NCBI GenBank assembly: GCA_963753435.1
Contig: CAVWCF010000001.1
Location: 864,001-928,000 of the forward strand
DNA: 64,000 nt
From: an uncultured Actinomycetota bacterium
GTDB lineage: Bacteria > Actinomycetota > Actinomycetes > CAVWCF01
Direction: 5' to 3'
Part shown: positions 28,315 to 36,243 of the stretch, in pieces
How positions within the stretch are numbered: position 1 is the first letter of the stretch
Layout of the letters: every line of letters begins with the position of its first letter
The notes under the pieces: model-generated
Databases searched by the model: none
The model's input: only the letters and a program-made list of their open reading frames with translations
What the model was told of the DNA's origin: nothing
Position numbers and translations under genes: made by a program

Positions 28315-29595
28315 ATGAAGACTGTTTCGGCCACTCAGACCGGTGGCGGTATCGACCAAGGCAGTGTTGACCAGGTCAGCGGGACCGGCATCAGCCGGAC
28401 CCCCATCTGGCCCGACTACTTCGCTCGCCACGGCCAGCCCGATGCGGCCAACTGGCAGTACCAGGGGTACCTCAGCGACACCGCGCGGGTCTGGCGGGCC
28501 TACTACAACCTGGTGCTGGGCCACCCGAAGGTCGCCTTCGTCGGCATGCGGCACTTCTACCAATCGCTGGTTTACCGGATCTCCAACGAGCACACCGGGG
28601 ATGCGCTCGCGCCGTTGATGACGTTCGTGACCCCGTTCGGCATGGTCGCGACCCCGTTCGCTTCCCTGCTCGCGGTGGCCACCGTCCCGCCCTTCCTCAA
28701 GCGGGTCAAGCACATGGAAATCCCGCCGCTGTTCCGCCCGTTCAACCGGCGCGGCTGGTCCAACTACAACATCATGCTCGTGACGATGTTCACGATGCAC
28801 AGCTACAAGCAGTACCGCATGGGCTGGAGCCCGGACCACGCGCTCAGGCACTCCTCCAAGGTGTTCTGGCATGACTTCTTCGAGACCCACCTGCCCGAGG
28901 GCCACCGCGCCACCAAGCAGTACGGCGTCATGAAGGACGGCGTGCTCAAGGGCGAGATCCCCGAAGACTCGTTCATCATCAAGCCCACCAAGGGTGGCGC
29001 CGGCCAGTACCTGCGCACCTGGGAATGGGACCCCACCGAGCGCCTCTACACGTGCACCGACTCCGAGCGCAGCCCCGAAGAGCCGGAGGTCTGCACGCCG
29101 GAAGAACTGCGCGAACACATCCTCGGCATGTACGTGAACGCCGTCATCGAGAAGTGCGAGCGCATGCGGTCGCCCTTCCCCATCAGCAGCTTCCGGGTGA
29201 TGACCCTGAACATCGACGGCGAAGCGGAGTTGATCGCCGCCGTGTTCCTGCCTGCGGACGAAGGCTCGAACTCCACCGCGTACTTCGACCTGGACACCCA
29301 CCTCATCAACTACGAGGACAGTTCCATCGGCAAGCCGATCCGGCCCCAGAGCGAGGGACCCTGGACCGGCATCGAGGTCCCCGAGTTGAACGATGTGATC
29401 GAGGCCTGCATCGCGCTGCACAACGAACTGCCCGCCCACGTCGAGGTGAGCTGGGACGTCATGCTGACCGAAGACGGTCCGGTGTACCTGGAAGGAAACA
29501 TCTTCCCGCCCGGCTGCGACTACAAGTTGACGATCTTCAAGAAGTGGGAGAACTTCAAGTACCTGAAGGATCGCCTGCTCGGCGCCTACCGCTGA
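28315..29595 (+). CDS. ATP-grasp domain protein (ATPgrasp_ST-like C-terminus)
   Basis: IIKPTKGGAGQ, SFRVMT, VSWDVMLTEDGPVYLEGN; SD GGGGAGG/AAGG. Confidence 0.8.
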   Translation: MKTVSATQTGGGIDQGSVDQVSGTGISRTPIWPDYFARHGQPDAANWQYQGYLSDTARVWRAYYNLVLGHPKVAFVGMRHFYQSLVYRISNEHTGDALAPLMTFVTPFGMVATPFASLLAVATVPPFLKRVKHMEIPPLFRPFNRRGWSNYNIMLVTMFTMHSYKQYRMGWSPDHALRHSSKVFWHDFFETHLPEGHRATKQYGVMKDGVLKGEIPEDSFIIKPTKGGAGQYLRTWEWDPTERLYTCTDSERSPEEPEVCTPEELREHILGMYVNAVIEKCERMRSPFPISSFRVMTLNIDGEAELIAAVFLPADEGSNSTAYFDLDTHLINYEDSSIGKPIRPQSEGPWTGIEVPELNDVIEACIALHNELPAHVEVSWDVMLTEDGPVYLEGNIFPPGCDYKLTIFKKWENFKYLKDRLLGAYR

Positions 29596-29640
29596 CGCAG
29601 GCCGTCGTAGCATCACGGCATCCCGACAGAGGAGGTCGCG

Positions 29641-30402
29641 GTGGCCAGTCGCGCCGAGCAGAAGGCTCGCACTCGAAACGCACTGATCCACTCCTGGCTC
29701 AGACTGATCGGGGACGGGGCCAACTTCGCCTCCGTGAGTCTTCGCGAGGTCGCCAAGACCGCCGGCGTTGTTCCGACTTCGTTCTACCGGCACTTCGGCG
29801 ACATGGACGAGCTTGGCCTGGCCGTGGTCGACCAACTCGGCAGTGACCTGCGCCGCCTCGGCCGATTGTCGAAGGACCCGGATACCTCCGTATCGGCGAG
29901 CGTGCAGCAGGGCGTCGAAGCGTTCGCGGAGTACGTCACGGAGAACGCGGACCTGGTTCGTTTCGTCAACCAGGCACGGACCGGGGGCAACTCACCGCTG
30001 CGCAAGGCGATCGACAATGAACTTGAGTTCTTCAGCGCCCGCATCGCCAGCGCCCTGGGCGACGTTCGCCCAGAGTTGGATACTGCCGCTCGCGATGTGG
30101 TCGCCGAGTTGGTCATCGCGGTCCTACTGGAGAGCACCCCGGCGATGCTTGAAGCCGACGCGGAGCAGTTGAGTGCAGCTCGTTCCGGCCTGGAGCAGAA
30201 GATTCACATCGTCCTGCTTGGGGCCGCCCAATTGGCCGAGGAATCACAACAACCCCAAGCGGGCAAGCGCGCCCCCACCAAAGCAACCGGGCCCCGGACC
30301 AGCAAGGCAACGAGCGCCAAGCGGGCAACCGCAGAACGGGCGGCCAAGAAGCCGACCAAGGCGGCCAAGAGCACCCGCAAACCCGCGGGCGGACCGGCAT
30401 GA
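29641..30402 (+). CDS. TetR-family regulator, FabR/DesT-like, with Lys/Ala-rich tail
   Basis: RAEQKARTR...FASVSLREVAKTAGVVPTSFYRHFGDMDELGL; SD GAGGAGG. Confidence 0.9.
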   Translation: MASRAEQKARTRNALIHSWLRLIGDGANFASVSLREVAKTAGVVPTSFYRHFGDMDELGLAVVDQLGSDLRRLGRLSKDPDTSVSASVQQGVEAFAEYVTENADLVRFVNQARTGGNSPLRKAIDNELEFFSARIASALGDVRPELDTAARDVVAELVIAVLLESTPAMLEADAEQLSAARSGLEQKIHIVLLGAAQLAEESQQPQAGKRAPTKATGPRTSKATSAKRATAERAAKKPTKAAKSTRKPAGGPA

Positions 30403-30770
30403 ACCTGGTCGAGCAGGTCGACGCCTACTGGGGACTGATCCACCGGTCCTTCGACAATGCCACCGAGGCGGTGGAACACGTCCACCAACGCTTCGCGGAG
30501 ATGTCCTTCGACGTCCTGCACGAGATCGGACTACCCAAGGACGTGACTGATCGGGCCAAGGCCAAGCACGGGCGCGTGATGCACACCCTCTACGACGGCG
30601 TCCGATTCACCAACGCCGAGATCGGCGACTTGGTAGTGCGGCAGTTCGATCAGATCAGCCGGTTCGCCAGCAACCTGAACGCCAGCCTGCTGCCGAGCCC
30701 GACAAACGTTCCCGATCAGCCGCGCACCGGACGCGGTGGCGTCCCCGGGGAGACATCCACGTCCAAGTAG
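30399..30770 (+). CDS. Hypothetical amphipathic helical protein
   Basis: ATGA-coupled to the TetR gene; apparent paralog of 27739..28041. Confidence 0.78.
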   Translation: MNLVEQVDAYWGLIHRSFDNATEAVEHVHQRFAEMSFDVLHEIGLPKDVTDRAKAKHGRVMHTLYDGVRFTNAEIGDLVVRQFDQISRFASNLNASLLPSPTNVPDQPRTGRGGVPGETSTSK

Positions 30771-31561
30771 GTCCGCTGCGCGTCGGCCACCTGCGGCGGG
30801 TCGTCCGGACCGAACACCGCGTCGAACATCATGTTCGCCCCGGTCCAGCCGAGCACCGAAGCCAGCCCCGCCCCAGCCGGTGAGTGGTAGTCGAGCCCCT
30901 TGTAGGCCTTCTTCATGACCGCCAGGCGCCGCGCCTCAACCCGAGCCGCATCGGTATGCGCCACCGGGTCGGCGTCGCGGTAGACGTTCGTCCACTCCGC
31001 TGTGACGTCGAGCAGGAACTCCTTGCCGGCTGGGATGGCAGCCGGGTCGAGATAGAGCAAGACGCCGACGCTCGACCCGACCTGCAACGTGAAGTAGGGA
31101 CTAGGCGGCGGTTCGGGGCCCAGCCGATACGACGTCAGCGTCGGCCAATGACGCGCGACCACGTCCGCGTACCCGAGCATGTGCCGCCCGTAGTAGGTCT
31201 GGTCGAACGCAACATCTCCGACCGGAATGAAGTCCGCACCGATGATGCAGACCTCCGGCATCTCGAAGATCACTGTCGTCAACGCCGGAAAGTCGTAGCC
31301 CGTGCCCGGCCAGGCGTGGGCCAGGTGTTCGTTCAACATGCCGCTGCGATGGAACCGATACAACGTCGACCGCTCTATCTTGGCGGCGGTGTAGGAGTCC
31401 ACGTCCACCGCTCCGGCCTCGTTGTCCGGGCCGGCCTCGAACCGGTTATGGGCGATCAGAGCCGGAACCGGAAGTGGCTGCCATTGCAGGGCGTCTCCCA
31501 GGATCTGCGCCTGGGCGGCCCGCAGACCGAGGGTGTCTTCGCGCTCGATCTCGTAGGTCAT
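30716..31561 (-). CDS. Ferredoxin-dependent bilin reductase / red chlorophyll catabolite reductase-like protein
   Basis: WPGTGYDFP, GADFIPVGDVAFDQTYYGRH, PPPSPYF, W..VYRDA, D..SPA...LASVLG pattern. The ORF is solid; the fold is inferred by eye. Confidence 0.6.
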   Translation of the reverse strand: MTYEIEREDTLGLRAAQAQILGDALQWQPLPVPALIAHNRFEAGPDNEAGAVDVDSYTAAKIERSTLYRFHRSGMLNEHLAHAWPGTGYDFPALTTVIFEMPEVCIIGADFIPVGDVAFDQTYYGRHMLGYADVVARHWPTLTSYRLGPEPPPSPYFTLQVGSSVGVLLYLDPAAIPAGKEFLLDVTAEWTNVYRDADPVAHTDAARVEARRLAVMKKAYKGLDYHSPAGAGLASVLGWTGANMMFDAVFGPDDPPQVADAQRTYLDVDVSPGTPPRPVRG

Positions 31562-31577
31562 GACCAAACTATGTCGC

Positions 31578-31859
31578 TTACTCGGCGGGAGGCTGGATCC
31601 GGTACTCCGCTCGAACCATTTCGATCCGCGCGATCACGCGGTTGCGCAGCCCCTCGGGCGCGTGGTCCGCGCCGCAACATCGGGCGACCAGCGCCATGAC
31701 CGCCTGCTCAAGGCCGTACTCCCGCAGGCATGGACCGCACTCGTCCAGGTGCACCCGAATGGAGTCAAGCGTGGCGTGGTCGATTTCCCCGTCCAGGTAC
31801 TCGTAGACCTGCGCGAGGACCGCGTCGCAGTCAACGTCGTGGGGATGGCCGCAGCTCAT
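31578..31859 (-). CDS. rsrA: Zinc-binding anti-sigma factor RsrA/RshA
   Basis: [11 protein letters not shown]...HLDECGPC (ZAS motif HxxxCxxC); ATGA-coupled to the sigma gene. Confidence 0.95.
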   Translation of the reverse strand: MSCGHPHDVDCDAVLAQVYEYLDGEIDHATLDSIRVHLDECGPCLREYGLEQAVMALVARCCGADHAPEGLRNRVIARIEMVRAEYRIQPPAE

Positions 31860-32536
31860 GACGTCGATCCCTCCTCGACAAGTAGCCCCCGGTCCAGCGC
31901 GTAGTCCTCCAGCAGCGCCCGCAACTGCTTGCGGCCCCGGTGCAGACGGGACATCACCGTGCCGATCGGCGTGTCCATGATCTCGGCTATCTCCTTGTAC
32001 GCGAACCCCTCAACGTCGGCGAAGTAGACCGCCAACCGAAAGTCCTCGGGCAACTCCGCGAGCGCTCGCTTGACGTCGCCATCGGGAAGGCCTTCGAGGG
32101 CCTCCACCTCGGCGGACTTCAGCCCACCGGCGGTGTGTGCCTCGGCGCGCGCCAACTGCCAGTCCTCCACCTCGCTGCCGGTGAAGTGTGGCTCCCGCTG
32201 CTTCTTGCGGTAGGAGTTGATGAAGGTGTTGGTCATGATCCGGTAGAGCCACGCCTTGAGGTTCGTGCCGTCGCGATAGCGCTCGAAGGCCGCGAAAGCC
32301 TTGGCGTAGGTCTCCTGGACCAGATCCTCGGCATCGGCCGGATTGCGGGTCATCCGCAAGGCGGCGGAGTACATCTGATCGAGGAACGGCAGTGCGTCGC
32401 GCTCAAAGCGGTCCGCGCGCTCCTGGTCCGTCTCTACGGTGCCCACCACCTCAGCAGTCGTTGCCGACGAGGGTAGCCCGCCGACCACGATCGCGTCGGC
32501 CAGCGCGGCGTCGATTCGCTCTCGCGCCAGCAGCAT
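31856..32536 (-). CDS. sigH: ECF sigma factor SigH/SigR (thiol-oxidative stress)
   Basis: [56 protein letters not shown]. Alternative in-frame GTG at 32449/32446. Confidence 0.95.
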   Translation of the reverse strand: MLLARERIDAALADAIVVGGLPSSATTAEVVGTVETDQERADRFERDALPFLDQMYSAALRMTRNPADAEDLVQETYAKAFAAFERYRDGTNLKAWLYRIMTNTFINSYRKKQREPHFTGSEVEDWQLARAEAHTAGGLKSAEVEALEGLPDGDVKRALAELPEDFRLAVYFADVEGFAYKEIAEIMDTPIGTVMSRLHRGRKQLRALLEDYALDRGLLVEEGSTS

Positions 32537-32545
32537 GACAAGTCG

Positions 32546-32571
32546 AACACCACCCGGGCCCGGATCATTCC
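32546..32571 (-). promoter_or_regulatory. SigR/SigH autoregulatory promoter
   Basis: Minus strand GGAAT (32571-32567)-N18-GTT (32548-32546), 9 nt before ATG 32536. Confidence 0.72.
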
Positions 32572-33218
32572 TCCCGAGCCTGGATCCGGTTCAACCAGGT
32601 CAGCGCGTGCCGGACCAGTACCGCCCGCGCCTCGGCAGCCGTCAGCGGGCCGCCGAGCGAGCAGCCGAACGAATGGTCGGCGCCCGGCACGATCGCAACT
32701 GCAGTACCCACCGGGAACTCCCCCGGCCGACCGAACGGGTCCCGGTCTCCCTGCACCACCTGTAGCGGAACGGCCAGGTTCAACTCGGCGGCTCGACTGC
32801 GCTCGGGCCGACCCGGCGGGTGCAGTGGGAAAGCCAACGCAAGCACGCCGACGGCGCCACCGTCGGCCGCAGTTCGACAGGCGACCCGGGCGCCGGCGGA
32901 GCGTCCGCCGAAGACGATGGGACCGCCAAGGCCGAGTTGACCCACAACTTCGAGCCACGCGGAGTCCAACCTCCCCGGGGCGTCGGCCACCTTGCGCCCA
33001 GCCACCCGCCAGGGCTGCTCGACCAATTGCACGCCCCAGCCGTGCCGCGGCAGATCCCCCGCCAACGCCTGCAGATCGGCGGCGCCAACGCCGCCGCCAG
33101 CACCGTGGCCGAGGAGGACCCAGCCCTTGGGCGCACCGGGCGCGAAGCCGTGTACCCGCGCGACGCCACCGGGGACGCTGAACTCACGCGTCGAAACCCG
33201 GATGGGGTCAGTGGCCAT
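32565..33218 (-). CDS. Alpha/beta hydrolase
   Basis: LGHGAGG, nucleophile elbow [24 protein letters not shown]. Confidence 0.88.
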   Translation of the reverse strand: MATDPIRVSTREFSVPGGVARVHGFAPGAPKGWVLLGHGAGGGVGAADLQALAGDLPRHGWGVQLVEQPWRVAGRKVADAPGRLDSAWLEVVGQLGLGGPIVFGGRSAGARVACRTAADGGAVGVLALAFPLHPPGRPERSRAAELNLAVPLQVVQGDRDPFGRPGEFPVGTAVAIVPGADHSFGCSLGGPLTAAEARAVLVRHALTWLNRIQAREE

Positions 33219-33948
33219 CGGGGACGAGCACCTCATCCGGTGGCAGCGGTCGTAGCAGGTCCGCGCCGTTGTTTCGCACGTTGTTCACCGCCGTCGAGAC
33301 CGGGTAGGCCTCCAGGACCCCACTGGCGGTCGGCTCGGGCAGGTGGACGTCGCTGCTGCCCGGGTCCAACCACCAACTCCACTCGTCTTCGCGCAGCAAT
33401 GCCGGCATCCGATCGTGGATGAACTCTGTGTCCGGGTTGGCCGGCATGGTGATGACGGATGCCGACCAGACGAAAGCGCCATCGGCGTCCTCGGCGACCT
33501 CGCCGTTGCGCCAGATCTCGTAAATGCCCGCCATGGCCAGACGCTGACCGTCCCGGCGCCGGATGAAGAACGGCTGCTTGCGTGCACCCTTTACCGCGGC
33601 TGCGCGCCATTCGTAGTAGCCATCCGCCGGCAGGATGCAGCGCCGGCGGGCGAACGCACGCCGATACGCGGGCTTGTCTGCCAGTGACTCGGCGCGCGCA
33701 TTGATCATGCGGTTACCGATCGAAAGGTCCTTCGCCCAAGACGGGACCAAGCCCCACCGCACAAACCGCAACCGGCGCACGACGGTGTCGTCGTGGACTC
33801 GTTCCAGCACGGCGAAGACGTCCTTGGTCGGAGCCACGTTGAAGTCCGCGCTCGCCCCCGCGGCCGCTACCGCTGGATCGACATCATCGACCTCGAATTC
33901 TTCGACCAGGTCATCAGGGTTCGCAGAGGACGCATACCGGCCGCACAC
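33208..33948 (-). CDS. SOS response-associated peptidase (SRAP/HMCES/YedK)
   Basis: MCGRY, NVAPT, RWGLVPSW, INARAE, GYYEW, IHDRMP. Confidence 0.95.
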   Translation of the reverse strand: MCGRYASSANPDDLVEEFEVDDVDPAVAAAGASADFNVAPTKDVFAVLERVHDDTVVRRLRFVRWGLVPSWAKDLSIGNRMINARAESLADKPAYRRAFARRRCILPADGYYEWRAAAVKGARKQPFFIRRRDGQRLAMAGIYEIWRNGEVAEDADGAFVWSASVITMPANPDTEFIHDRMPALLREDEWSWWLDPGSSDVHLPEPTASGVLEAYPVSTAVNNVRNNGADLLRPLPPDEVLVPDGH

Positions 33949-33979
33949 AGCCTCAGCCTGACATCACTACGGTTGCGGC

Positions 33980-35242
33980 GTGCGCCCTGACCCCTGGCCG
34001 GCACCGACCGCCTCCGGCCCCGTCGCGGCCCGGATCCGCCTGCCAGGCTCGAAATCGATGACCGCGCGGGCGCTGGTACTGGCCGCCCACGCGGAGGAGG
34101 CCACCAGGCTGCACGGCGCACTCAACTCGCGAGACACGCAACTGATGGCTGCCGGACTACGCGCACTGGGCTGCGACGTGGATACCAGCTCGCAGACCTG
34201 GGCAGTTCACCCCAACGGTCCCGGCACGGGCGCGCGGCGCGTCGACTGCGGTCTGGCCGGCACCGTGATGCGCTTCCTGCCGCCGGTGGCCGCTCTTATC
34301 CCGGGCACGACGTCATTCGACGGCGACGAGCACGCACGGCTGCGGCCGCTGGCACCCCTCGTCGAAGCGCTGACGCAACTGGGGGTGCCCGTCGAAAGCG
34401 CAGCCGGTCATCTGCCGCTTCAGGTTCATGGAGTAGCGGACTTGCGCGGTGGTCAGGTGCAGATCGACGCCCGCGCCTCCAGCCAGTTCGTGACCGGACT
34501 GCTGCTCAGCGGTTGCCGGTTCGGCGACGGGCTGCTGCTGGAGGTCACTTCCGGAGTCCCCAGCCGGCCGCACATAGACATGACGGTCTCGATGATGCGG
34601 CAAGTTGGACTCTCGGTGCGCGAAAGCGACGACTCGTGGCAAGTGGATCCGGGTCGGCCCAGCGGTGGCGACGTCGTCGTAGAGCCGGACCTGTCCAACG
34701 CCGCGCCGTTCCTGGCCGCCGCCCTGGTCACCGGCGGCTCGGTGGAGATCCCCAATTGGCCGGCACAGACCGATCAGCCCGGGGATGACCTGCGGCGAAT
34801 CCTGGCGGCGCTTGGCGGGGAGGTTTCCTGGCAGGACGGGACACTGCGCGTGCGCGGCGGCGAGACGATCCACGGCGCTGACCTGAACCTCGCCCATGCC
34901 GGTGAGCTCGCTCCTGTGATCGCCGCTCTGGCGGTGCTGGCGGACACGGCCAGCACCCTGACCGGACTGGCCCACCTCCGCGGTCACGAGACCGACCGGC
35001 TGGCCGCGCTCGTGACCGAGATCCGTCGCCTGGGTGGGGTCGCGGAGGAATTGGACGACGGGTTGCGCATCGAACCGCGCCCGCTGTCGGGCACGGAGGT
35101 TGACACCTACGACGACCACCGGATGGCGCAGTTTGCGGCGGTGATCGGGCTGTCAGTACCCGGAGTGGTGCTCAACGACGTAGCCACTACCGCCAAGACA
35201 CTGCCGGAGTTCCCGCGGATGTGGCACACACTGATGTCCTGA
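33980..35242 (+). CDS. aroA: EPSP synthase
   Basis: PGSKSMTAR, CGLAGTVMRF, SSQF, HETDR, DDHRMA, KTLPEF. Confidence 0.97.
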   Translation: MRPDPWPAPTASGPVAARIRLPGSKSMTARALVLAAHAEEATRLHGALNSRDTQLMAAGLRALGCDVDTSSQTWAVHPNGPGTGARRVDCGLAGTVMRFLPPVAALIPGTTSFDGDEHARLRPLAPLVEALTQLGVPVESAAGHLPLQVHGVADLRGGQVQIDARASSQFVTGLLLSGCRFGDGLLLEVTSGVPSRPHIDMTVSMMRQVGLSVRESDDSWQVDPGRPSGGDVVVEPDLSNAAPFLAAALVTGGSVEIPNWPAQTDQPGDDLRRILAALGGEVSWQDGTLRVRGGETIHGADLNLAHAGELAPVIAALAVLADTASTLTGLAHLRGHETDRLAALVTEIRRLGGVAEELDDGLRIEPRPLSGTEVDTYDDHRMAQFAAVIGLSVPGVVLNDVATTAKTLPEFPRMWHTLMS

Positions 35243-36225
35243 TGACCCGCCGAACGAGCGACTACGACGAGGACGACGTCCGGATCCGGCCCAGCCGGGC
35301 CAAGACGCGACCGCGTTCAAAGGACCGGCCCGGCCACGAGAACGCCGTAGCCGCAGTCGTGCGCGCAGTTGACCGTGGGCGGTTCACCTGCCGAATAGCG
35401 GGTGTCGACCGCGACGTCGTCGCTATGCGCGCGCGCGAACTGGGGCGGAAGGGTCTTGTCGTCGGGGACCGAGTCGACCTGGTTGGCGACACCGATCGCC
35501 CGGACACCTTGGCCCGGATCGTGCGGGTGCAACCGCGCAAGTCGGTATTGCGGCGCACCGCCGACGACTCCGACCCGGTGGAACGCGTCCTCGTCGCCAA
35601 CGTCGATCAGTTGGCGATCGTCACTTCGCTGGCGAACCCGGAACCGCGCGGCGGATTCATCGATCGATGCCTGGTGGCCGCCTACGACGCCGCCGTCGCG
35701 CCGCTGCTCGTCCTGACCAAGTCTGACCTAGCTGACGAGAACGACTTGATTCGCAGCTACCGGGACCTTGGCGTGCCTACGGTTCTGACCAGGCGGGATG
35801 GTGACCTGGACGAACTGCTGGGCAGGTTGACCGGTCTGGAGACCGCAATGATCGGCCCCTCCGGCGTCGGCAAGTCAACCCTGGTCAATCGGCTGGTTCC
35901 GGACGCGGAGCGAGCAACCGGCATCGTCAACGAGGTGACGGGACGGGGGCGGCACACATCCTCGTCCGCGGTTGCGTTCCCGCTTGGCGGCGACGGGTGG
36001 ATAGTGGACACCCCCGGTGTCCGTTCATTCGGATTGGCCCATGTGCGCATCGACCGGGTCCTGTCCGCCTTCCCCGAGATCCTGGCCGCGACCGCGCAGT
36101 GCCCCCGATCGTGCACGCACGACGAGCCGGACTGCGGGCTCGACGACGCTGTCCGCTCCGGCGCGGTGGACGAACGACGGCTGGCGTCGCTGCGGCGATT
36201 GCTGGCTGGGCTCAAGCGCGACTGA
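35242..36225 (+). CDS. rsgA: Ribosome small subunit-dependent GTPase A
   Basis: TKSD, GPSGVGKS, GRGRHT, DTPG, CxxxCxH..C. Confidence 0.96.
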   Translation: MTRRTSDYDEDDVRIRPSRAKTRPRSKDRPGHENAVAAVVRAVDRGRFTCRIAGVDRDVVAMRARELGRKGLVVGDRVDLVGDTDRPDTLARIVRVQPRKSVLRRTADDSDPVERVLVANVDQLAIVTSLANPEPRGGFIDRCLVAAYDAAVAPLLVLTKSDLADENDLIRSYRDLGVPTVLTRRDGDLDELLGRLTGLETAMIGPSGVGKSTLVNRLVPDAERATGIVNEVTGRGRHTSSSAVAFPLGGDGWIVDTPGVRSFGLAHVRIDRVLSAFPEILAATAQCPRSCTHDEPDCGLDDAVRSGAVDERRLASLRRLLAGLKRD

Positions 36226-36243
36226 ACTGGCCGGGCGCTTCGA

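Noticed and set aside
26617-31577. Island as a mobile element
   Set aside because: No integrase, transposase, tRNA target or flanking direct repeats were seen; treated as accessory only.
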